This document shows, piece after piece, positions 12,194 through 20,332 of a stretch of 20,332 nucleotides of DNA (positions within the stretch are counted from its first letter, which is position 1; each line of letters opens with the position of its first letter). Below the pieces are notes generated by a model. That model saw nothing but the letters and a program-made list of their open reading frames with translations. It was not told the DNA's origin and did no database searches. Both the position numbers and the translations under genes were made by a program. This DNA comes from Chiloscyllium plagiosum (Eukaryota): assembly GCF_004010195.1 (NCBI RefSeq), contig NC_057719.1, positions 69,874,401 through 69,894,732 of the forward strand, written 5' to 3'.

Positions 12194-12498
12194 TGCCTGG
12201 GAGCCTCCTGTGAAGCGCTTCTGTGATGTTTCCTCCAGCATTTATTATGATTTGTATCTGCCACGTCCGGTTGTCAATTCCAGCTGTCCGCTGCAGTGGC
12301 CGGTACATTGGGTCCAGGTCGATGTGCTTGTTGATTGAATCAGTGGATGAGTGCCATGCCTCTAGGAATTCCCTGGCTGTTCTCTGTTTGGCTTATCCTA
12401 TAATAGGGCAACCCTACTATTATAGGACAAGCCAAACAGAGAACAGCCAGAGAATTCCTAGAGGCATGGCACTCATCCACTGATTCAATCAACAAGCA

Positions 12499-12554
12499 NN
12501 NNNNNNNNNNNNNNNNNNNNNNNNNNNNNNNNNNNNNNNNNNNNNNNNNNNNNN
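12499..12554. other. Assembly gap (56 N)
   Basis: Run of N inside the right arm of the inverted repeat. Confidence 1.
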
Positions 12555-13208
12555 GGCCACTGCAGTGGACAGCTGGAACTGACAACCGGAAGCGGCAGAG
12601 ACAAATCACTATAAATGCTGGAGGAAACATCACAGAAGCGCTTCACAGGAGGCTCCCAGGCACTAAGGATGTCACCTAGACATGGGACGAAACATCTGCA
12701 ACACAAATTCCCAGCTCGGCGAACAGAACCACAACCATGGCGAACTTCAGTAACATAGAACGATTAGAGAATCACAGACTGTTCTCTTTGGACAAGATTG
12801 TGATAAGATTTGATCGAAGAGTTCAAAATCATGAGGCAACTGGACAGAATAGACAGAGAGAAGCTGTTTCAGTTAGCGGAAGGATTAAGAAAGAAAGTGC
12901 ACAAATGTAAGGAAATTGGCATAGGTGGTGGTGGTTTAAAAATGCAGTGATTGGTTAGTATTTGGAATGCACTGAAGGCTGAAAGTATGGGTGAGGCAGA
13001 TTCAGTTGATAGTTTCAAAAGGATCTAAAGTCATTATCTGGAAAGGAAAATTTACAAGGCTGCTGGGACAAGGTGGTGAAGTAGCATTAAGGTGAATTGC
13101 TCATGCAGAGGGGCAGCACATACACAAAAGGCTGAGTGGTGGCTTCTTGAGCTGTTACAATTCTTCGATTCTAAGTTTCAAAGATTCTGTCATCTACTTA
13201 TAGCTATT

Positions 13209-13622
13209 TAGAGTCATAGAGTCATAGAGATGTACAGCATGGAAACTGACCCTTTGGTCCAACCCGTCCATGCCGACCAGATATCCCAACCCAATCTAGT
13301 CCCACCTGCCAGCATCCAGCCTACATCCCTCCAAACCCTTCCTATTCATATACCCATCTAAATGCCTCTTAAATATTGAAATTGTACCAGCCTCCACCAC
13401 TTCCTCTGGCAGCTCATTTCATATATGTACCACCCACTGTGTGAAAAAAGTTGCCCCTTAGGTTTCTTTTATATCTTTCCCCTCTCACCCTAAACCTTTC
13501 CCCTCTCACCCTAAACCTATGCCATCTAGTTCTGGACTCCCTGACCCCAGGGAAAAGACTTTGCCTATTTACCCTATCCATGCCCCTCATAATTTTGTAA
13601 CCTATATAAGGTCAGCCCTCAA
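13209..13622 (-). mobile_element. Relatively young CR1 3' end with (TATGACTC)n tail
   Basis: Plus strand TAGAGTCATAGAGTCATAGAG tail; minus strand GDLI*VTKL*GAWI, VVHI*NELPEEVVEAG; 21-bp tandem duplication at 13475-13516. Confidence 0.88.
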
Positions 13623-13716
13623 CCACCGACACTCCAATCCATTCTGTTAAAGACTTCAGTTCCAAACAACACATTATTAATGAGCAGAATCTTCCCAGCC
13701 TTGAATGGTGTAGGAA

Positions 13717-13834
13717 TGATGAAGGAGCAGTGCTCTGAAAGCTAGTGCTTCCAATTAAATCTGTTGGGCTATAACCTGGTGTTGTGTGATTTTTCACTTT
13801 GTCCACCCCAATCCAAACTGGCTCCTCTAAATCA
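13717..13834 (+). mobile_element. Short Penelope-like terminal fragment starting at a hammerhead-like motif
   Basis: TGATGAAGGAGCAGTGCTCTGAAAGCTAG then TTCCAATTAAATCTGTTGGGCTATAACCTGGTGTTGTGTG; family assignment rests on the motif and my recall of similar shark repeats. Confidence 0.6.
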
Positions 13835-14330
13835 TAATTCCCAACATAAAAGTCAGCGCGATACCTGGACAAACACCCACTTCATGCATTGGAGTGAGGT
13901 ACACCTCAGAGCTCTCAGCATGCTTTCTCAGTGCTTACTCACTTTGCATCGACTTGAGTGTTCACAGCTTTTGAACTTCCCTGTCTCAAACAGAAGTTCG
14001 AGATCACAGTATTACCGTCTTGCCTTTTAACACAGGTATGAAGCCAGGCAGCTTGTCAAGATTGTCAATAGTGATTGGTCAAGGGGATGGACATATGGAC
14101 TATATTGCAGCACAGCATTACACTCCAGCAATATCATACCTAACGCATATGCCAGCAACTTATTTAGCAAATGCATTGAATGTGCTACAACCAAATCACT
14201 ATGTCTCCAAGTCTAAGGGAAGTAACCTTCAGTCAAGTTAAGGGGGACTGATGTCATTTGAGGCATGTCGAAACAGCCTTGGGTGCAGACAGTCAGCCAC
14301 ATGAAAATATCAGAGTCAAATACATTAAAA

Positions 14331-14385
14331 CATAGAAATTAGGAGCAGGGCTAGGCTATTCAGCCCTTTGAACCTGCTCCACCAT
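14331..14385 (-). mobile_element. Tiny CR1 3'-tail fragment
   Basis: CATAGAAATTAGGAGCAGGGCTAGGCTATTCAGCCCTTTGAACCTGCTCCACCAT is the approximate reverse complement of the tail at 8070-8120. Confidence 0.65.
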
Positions 14386-14424
14386 AGAGCATCAAGGCTC
14401 ACCATCTATTTTCCAGTTGAGAGG

Positions 14425-15112
14425 GTCGTGCTGAAAAAGTATAGCATCCACGGAGCAGGAGAATCCATGTTTCGGGTATAAGCCTTTCATTAGGTATGAA
14501 GCTTGTGGGCAGGGAGGCTGAGAGAGGGGGGGGGGGGGGGGAGGGGGGAGTGGTGTTAGAGGAGATGGTAGCTGAGAATGCGATAGGTAGCTGAAGGTGA
14601 GGGAGAAGGGGATAGTTCGGAGAGGAGGGTGGAGCAGATGGATGGGAAAGGTGATGGACAGGTCAAGAGGGCAGTACCGAGTTGGAGGCTTGGGACTGGG
14701 AAAATGTGGAGGAATAATATGGGAGGTAGGGAACTGAGGAAACTGGTGAAATCCAGTTGATCCCATTTGGTTCTAGGGTCCAAAGGTGGAGTATGAGGTG
14801 TTCTTCCTCCAGGCGTCAGGTGCTAAGGGTTTGGCGATGGAGGAGGCCCAGGACCTACAAGTCCTTGGCTGAGAGGGAGGGGGAGTTGAAGTGTTCAGCA
14901 ACGGGGTAGTGGGATTGATGGGTGCGGGTGTCCCAGAGATCTTCTCTGATACGATCTGCAAGTTGGCGTGCTGTCTCCCCCAAGTAGAGGAGACCACATT
15001 GGGTGCAATGAATGCAGTAGATGACATTGATGGAGGTACAGGTAAATTTGTGTCAGATGTGAAAGGATCCTCTGGGGCCTTGGACAGAAGCGTGGGGGAT
15101 GGAGTGGCCGCA
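14425..15112 (-). mobile_element. Penelope-like element 3' fragment: GIY-YIG endonuclease relic, C-rich spacer, terminal region with decayed hammerhead
   Basis: Minus strand KFTCTSINVIYCIHCTQCGLLY(fs)GETARQLADRIRE..HYPVAEHFNSPS..LEEEHLI, i.e. GIY-YIG with the CxxC insert typical of PLEs; followed by CTAATGAAAGGCTTATACCCGAAACATG. Confidence 0.88.
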
Positions 15113-15229
15113 GGTTTGGTGAGTATTGATGGCAGTGGTGAGTATTTTTGTTGTTTTTCAGCACATAATACTGCAAACTTAGCACTGTGGAGCTGTGGTG
15201 CGTGTAAGATAAATTACTAGAGCTCAAGA

Positions 15230-18195
15230 GGTTTTAAACTAGTATGGTGGGGGGGGGGAACCTGAACTGTATACTGGAGGTGAGAGTTGATGCAGATGAG
15301 GCAATAGCAAGAGGTAGATCAGCTCATGGGAAGGATCTTCCTGGGAAGGAACCAAGGAATCAGTTAAAGTGTGTTTGCTTTAACGCAAGGAGTATCAGGA
15401 ATAAAAGTGATGAACTTAGAACATGGATCAGTACCTGGTACCACGATATTGTGGCCATAACAGAGACATGGATTTCTCAGGGGCAAGAATGGTTGCTGGA
15501 TGTTCCAGGGTTTAGAGCATTTAAAAAGAATAGGGAGGGGTGAAAAGAGGAGGGGGTGTAGCACTGCTAATCAGAGAAGGTATCACAGCTACAGAAGCTT
15601 CCATTGTTGAGGAAGATCTGCCTACCGAGTCAGTATGGGTGGAAATTAGGAACAGTAAGGGAGCAGTCAACTCGTTAGGGGTTTACTACAGGCCCCCCAA
15701 TAGCAGCAGGGAGATTTAGGAAAGCATAGGTCGGCAGATTTTGGAAAAGTGTGGACGTAGTAGGGCTGTTATAATGGGTGACTTTAACTTTCCCAATATT
15801 GATTGGAACCTCCTTCAAGCAGAAGATTTAAATGCAGCTGTTTTTGTAAGGTGTGTTCAGGAAGGTTTCCTTACTCAGTACGTTGACAGGCCGATGAGGG
15901 GAGAGGCCATTCTAGATTTGGTGCTCAGAAACGAGCTGGGGCAGATATCAAATCTTGTGGTGGGAGAGCATTTTGGTGATAGTGACCACAACTGCCTCAC
16001 ATTCTACATAGCTATAGAGAAGGAGACGATTAGGCAAAATGGGAGGATATTTAATTGGGGAAGAGGAAACTATGATGCGATTAGACATGAGTTAGGAAGC
16101 ATGCACTGGGAGCAATTGTTGCATGGTAAAGGCACTATAGACATGTGGAGACTGTTTAAGGAACAGTTGTTGCGAGTGATGAATAAATATGTCCCTCTGA
16201 GACATGCAAGAAGTGGTAAGATAAAGGAACCTTGGATGACGAGAGTGTGGAGTGTCTCGTCTAAAGGAAGAAGGTAGCTTACATAAGGTGGAGGAAGCTA
16301 GGGTCAAGCTCAGCTCTAGAGGATTACAGGCAGGCAAGGAAGAAGCTCAAAAATGGTCTGAGGAGAGCCAGGAAGGGGCACGAGAAAGGCTTGGCAGAAC
16401 GGATTAGGGAGAACACAAAGGCATTTTACACTTATGTGAGGAATAAGAGAATGGTCAAAGAAAGAGTAGGGCCGATCAGGGATAGCATAGGAAACGTGTG
16501 CATGGAGTCTGAGGAGGTAGGGGAAGCCCTAAATGAGTTTTTTGCTTCTGTTCTTATAAAAGAAACAAACTTTGTAGTGAATGAAACCTTTGAAGAGTAG
16601 GTGTGCATGCTGGAATGGATAGAGATAGAGGAAGCTGATGTGCTGAAACTTTTGTCAAACATTAAGATTGACAAGTCGCCTGGCCCGGACCAGATTTGTC
16701 CTCGGCTGCTTTGGGAAACGAGAAATGTGATTGCTTCGCCACTTGTAAAGATCTTTGCATCCTCACTCTCCACTGGAGTCGTACCTGAGGACTGGAGAGA
16801 GGCAAATGTAATTCCTCTCTTCAAGAAAGGGAAATAGGGAAATCCCCAGCAATTACAAGCCAGTAAGTCTCACGTCTGTCATCTGCAAGGTGTTAGAAAG
16901 GATTCTGAGGGATAGGATTTATGACCATCTGGAAGAGCATGGCTTGATTAAATGCAGTCAACACGGCTTTGTGAGGGGCAGGTCATGTCTCACAAACCTT
17001 ATCAAGTTCGTTGAGGATGTGACTAGGAAAGTTGATAAGGGTCGAGCTGTGGATGTGGTGTATATGGACTTCAGCAAGGCATTTGATAAGGTTCCCCATG
17101 GTAGGCTCATTCAGAAGGTCAGGAGGAATGGGATACAGGGGAACTTAGCTGTCTGGATATAGAATTGGCTGGCCAACAGAAGACAGAGAGTGGTAGTAGA
17201 AGGAAAATATTCTGCCTGGAAGTCTGTGGTGAGTGGTGTTCCACAGGGCTCTGTCCTTGGGCCTCTACTGTTTGTAATTTTTATTAATGATTTGGATGAG
17301 GGGATTGAAGGATGGGTCAGCAAGTTTGCAGATGACACAAAGGTTGGAGGTGTCGTTGACAGTATAGAGGGCTGTTGTAGGCTGCAGCAGGACATTGAAA
17401 GGATGCAGAGATGGGTTGAGAGGTGGCAGATGGAGTTCAACCTGGATACATGCGAGGTGATGCATTTTGGAAGGTCGAATTTGAAAGCTGAGCACAGGAT
17501 TAAGGATAGGACTCTTGGCAGTGTGCAGGTACATAGATCCCTTAAAATGGCCACCCAAGTGGACAGGGTTGTTAAGAAAGCATATGGTGTTTTGGCTTTC
17601 ATTAACAGGGGGATTGAGTTTAAGAGTCATGAGATCTTGTTGCAGCTCTATAAAACTTTGGTTAGACTGCACTTGAAATACTGTGTCCAGTTCTAGTCGC
17701 CCTATTATAGGAAAGATGTGGATGCTTTGGAGAGGGTTCAGAGGAGGTTTACCAGAATGCTGCCCGGACTACAGGGCTTATCTTATGAAGAGAGGTTGAC
17801 TGAGCTCGGACTTTTTTCATTGGAGAAAAGGAGGAGGAGGGGACCTAATTGAGGTATACAAGATAATGGGAAGCATAGATAGAGTCGATAGCCAGAGACT
17901 ATTTCCCAGGGCAGAAATGGCTAACACGAGGGATCATAGTTTTAAGCTGGTTGAAGGAAAGTATAGAGGGGATGTCAGAGGCGGGTTCTTTACACAGAGA
18001 GTTGTGAGAGCATGGAATGCGTTGCCAGCAGCAGTTGTGGAAGGAAGGTCATTGGGGACATTTAAGAGAATGCTGGACATGCATATGGTCACAGAAATTT
18101 GAGGGTGCATACATGAGGATCAATGGTCGGCACAACATCGTGAGCTGAAGGGCCTGTTCTGTGCTGTACTGTTCTATGTTCTATGTTCTATGTTC
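15230..18195 (+). mobile_element. CR1-clade LINE (HER1-like): near-complete but disabled ORF2 (APE endonuclease + reverse transcriptase) with 3' UTR and microsatellite tail
   Basis: Endonuclease motifs LKCVCFNARSIRNK, DIVAITETW, IMGDFNFPNIDW, ILDLVL, GDSDHN. RT motifs KSPGPDQICPRLL, VPEDWREANVIPLFKKG, SQHGFVRGRSCLTNL, YMDFSKAFDKVPH, SGVPQGSVLGPLLF, KFADDTK. CR1 C-terminus FFTQRVVRAWNALP. Tail (GTTCTAT)n at 18171-18195. Multiple stops and frameshifts split ORF2 into pieces. Confidence 0.97.
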
Positions 18196-18769
18196 ACAAA
18201 AAGGAACCCTCCATGAAACTCCCCAGTATTGACACTGAGCTGATTTTTGGAAAAGTTCACTCCAAATCTTGTAAATGTAAATCTATTGACTGCTTCTGGT
18301 TAATATAAGAAATGCAAATGCATGTACACCTGATGTTGTCAAAATTTACTTTCTTGTTGTCTTTCATATGTTTTATTAAACATTTTGGCATTTTATCTGG
18401 AGGTTTTTTCTGTTTCCAAACAGAACTCATGCAAAATATTTCACAACTATAAAATAGCCTTGCAAAGTTCAACAATAATAGCTTCATAATTCTGTATGAT
18501 AGCTGATATACTAGATATTGTCTAAAATTTATATTGCAGGCAGTGTTACTGGTGTCAATTTTTAATTATTTGGTCTGTTCTTTTGGAAGCTTTTACCCCC
18601 TAGGCAACGTAACCTCACGTTAAGCAGAGAAAACACTTACATCATTGTGAATCATTAACCAGAATTAATCAGAAAGAAGTACAAACTCAAAATTTGCAAT
18701 TAACCGAATTGAGGGCCTTTATTACTATCGATGTAAGCTGCAGCAAAATATAGAAAATCATTAATAAAT

Positions 18770-19040
18770 TTGAAGAATCAGTGTGCAATTGATAAATTAA
18801 CTTCAAGGTAGGTAAGTGTGAGGTGAAATATTTTAGCAGGCAGAATAAAATAATCAGGCCACATACTTCTTGTCAAGCAAATATCTAACCAGGGCAGGAT
18901 AGCAGAGGTCATAGAGCTAATGTAGCACAGAGGATGCCATTCAAACCATTAAGTCCATGCCAATTCTCTGTAGAGCAATGTACTTAGTCCAATTTCCCTC
19001 TGTTATCATTGTAACTTTGCGAGATTATTTCCCTCTGCCA
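18770..19040. mobile_element. Two small CR1 relics (plus-strand RT C-terminal piece ~18770-18890; minus-strand 3' tail ~18908-19035)
   Basis: TTCAAGGTAGGTAAGTGTGAGGTGAAATATTTTAGCAGG resembles 17437-17475 (FNxxKCEVMHFG); CATAGAG..GCACAGA..GCCATTCA resembles the reverse complement of CR1 tails. Confidence 0.5.
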
Positions 19041-19287
19041 GGGGTACAAGTTAAAAATAAAACACCAAAAGTCATACGCAGTTTGTTAAATCCATAACAA
19101 AAACAAGCATGCTCATATGGGTTTCATATTCAGAGGGATAGAGCTGACAAGCAGATTTGTCCTATAGAAAGTGAATCTGAGGAATGAATGATGGAAAAGA
19201 AGGAAATGGTAGATAAATAGAACAGATATTTTCATCAACTTTCATTACAGAGGAAAAAGGTAGCATTCCAGAAATAGTTGTAATTCA

Positions 19288-19580
19288 GGTGTGGCACGGT
19301 GGCTCAGTGGTTAGCAATGCTGCCTCACAGCAGCAGGGTCTCAGGTTTGATTCCAGCCTCGGGTGGCCGACTGTGTAGTTTGCACATTCTCCCTGTGGGT
19401 GTGCTTCGGTTTCCTCCCACAGTCCAAAGATGTGCAGCTCAAATGAATTGGCCATGCTAAATTGCCCATAGTGTTAGGTGCATAAGTCAGAGGGAAATGG
19501 GTCTGGGTGGGTTACTCTTCGGAGGGTTGGTGTGAAGTTGTTGGGCTGAATGACCTGTTTCCACACTGTAGAGAATCTAA
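19288..19580 (+). mobile_element. tRNA-derived SINE, HE1-type (shark/ray family)
   Basis: Head GGTGTGGCACGGTGGCTCAGTGGTTAGC (A box TGGCTCAGTGG), B box GGTTTGATTCC, core GGTTTCCTCCCACAGTCCAAAGATGTGCAG, LINE-like 3' end GACCTGTTTCCACACTGTA. Confidence 0.92.
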
Positions 19581-19726
19581 TCAGGAAACTGATGAACTGG
19601 GGGAATACAAGAAAATTATAATCAGTGCTGAATAAATTATTAGAGCTGTGGACTTCTAAACCCTGGGTAGTGATAGTCTTTGTTCTCAGATCATAAAGTA
19701 AGTGACTAATGAAAAAGTAGATGCAT

Positions 19727-19850
19727 AAACAGAAACTGGTAGTTCTGAAGAAGTTTTCTTCCCACAGAACCTGCTGAGTTTCTCCACCAAGTTCACTTTT
19801 GCTTCAGGCATCCAGCATCTGCAGTTCTTTGCTTTATTTATTTGGGATAA
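19727..19850 (+). mobile_element. Deleted Penelope-like terminal fragment inserted in a CR1 relic, 9-bp TSD
   Basis: TTCTGAAGAAG..ACCTGCTGAGTTTCTCCA..CCAGCATCTGCAGTT; flanked by TAGATGCAT at 19718-19726 and 19851-19859. Confidence 0.7.
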
Positions 19851-20199
19851 TAGATGCATTACTTTAATTTTCCACAATTCCATAGATTCTGGGAGGTACC
19901 AATAAATTAATGTTGGATAAGGCTGAAGATAACGGGAACTGGTAACAGATTTAACAATGAACTGTTACATGAATGGAATGCGAATGAGTCATGCAGGTCT
20001 GTTAAAAGTTAAAACTGCAGGAAATCAGTAACTGTTGGCTCTTCAAAATAAGGCATATATTTGGACAAAACATTCAGAATTGCTTATGTGCACGAATAAT
20101 TCCGAATAAGGCACACACTTGGCACAGAGACTTGTGCATGAAGAATCTGAACAAATCCATTTGCTCAGCAACATTTCAAGGAATAACGTTGAGCAAGAA

Positions 20200-20332
20200 G
20201 TTTCTGGATTAGTGGTGCTGGAAGAGCACAGCAGTTCAGGCAGCATCCAAGGAGCTTCGAAATCGACGTTTCGGGCAAAAGCCCTACATCAGGAATAAAG
20301 GCAGTGAGCCTGAAGCATGGAGAAATAAGCTA
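20200..20332 (-). mobile_element. Penelope-like terminal region running off the window end
   Basis: Minus strand CCTGATGTAGGGCTTTTGCCCGAAACGTCGATTTCG..GGATGCTGCCTGAACTGCTGTGCTCTTCCAGCACC; homologous to the 9966 and 14425 copies. Confidence 0.8.
20265..20292 (-). ncRNA. Minimal hammerhead ribozyme motif, one core substitution
   Basis: CUGAUGU-A-GGGC/UUUU/GCCC-GAAA-CG-UC (A9 changed to U). Confidence 0.6.

Larger units (their letters stand above)
12085..12736. mobile_element. Penelope-like element 3' end present as two inverted copies (fold-back), flanked by a 13-bp TSD
   Basis: 12121-12406 is the reverse complement of 12417-12735. Arms encode a GIY-YIG C-terminal-like peptide (GQAKQRTAREFLEAWHSSTDSINK). 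Flanks ATGGGGAACTTCA (12072-12084) and ATGGCGAACTTCA (12737-12749). Confidence 0.85.
12058..13190 (+). mobile_element. Old CR1 3' fragment interrupted by the Penelope-like fold-back
   Basis: Removing 12085-12749 restores MVPEMGNFSNIERLENHRLFSL, similar to the CR1 ORF2 C-terminus; followed by FKIMRQLDRIDREKLF, WNAL and a CR1-like 3' UTR. Confidence 0.75.
19160..19905 (+). mobile_element. Old CR1 ORF2 internal fragment hosting a SINE and a Penelope-like insert
   Basis: KEMVDK*NRYF, LNKLLEL, and DALxLIFHNSIDSG-like remnants in the same order as 16500-16800 of the large CR1. Confidence 0.6.

Noticed and set aside
14392..14783. Proline-rich ORFs
   Set aside because: Translation of the C-rich low-complexity spacer of the Penelope-like fragment
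16432..17672. Long minus-strand ORFs (130-163 aa)
   Set aside because: Antisense shadows of CR1 ORF2
15230..18195. Active or domesticated reverse transcriptase gene
   Set aside because: Several in-frame stops (for example 15541, 16598, 17694) and frameshifts
19288..19360. tRNA gene
   Set aside because: A and B boxes belong to the SINE head; no full cloverleaf, and it continues into the SINE core

Overview
AT-rich vertebrate non-coding DNA (intronic or intergenic) packed with decayed retroelements. The repeat set (HE1-type tRNA-derived SINEs, CR1/HER1-type LINEs, Penelope-like elements) points to a cartilaginous fish, probably a shark; this is inference. No intact host protein-coding gene is supportable. 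Main contents: a ~3 kb disabled CR1 ORF2 (APE endonuclease + RT, 15230-18195), several CR1 fragments, an RTE-type RT relic, two full SINEs and one 84-bp head-to-tail mini-SINE, and at least six Penelope-like pieces. The most notable signal is that the Penelope-like pieces carry minimal hammerhead-ribozyme motifs (CUGANGA-stem II-GAAA-NN-UH) with different, covarying stems. Two of these pieces are fold-back insertions flanked by 13-15 bp target-site duplications. There is also a candidate 20-nt microexon on the minus strand and a strong CTCF motif.
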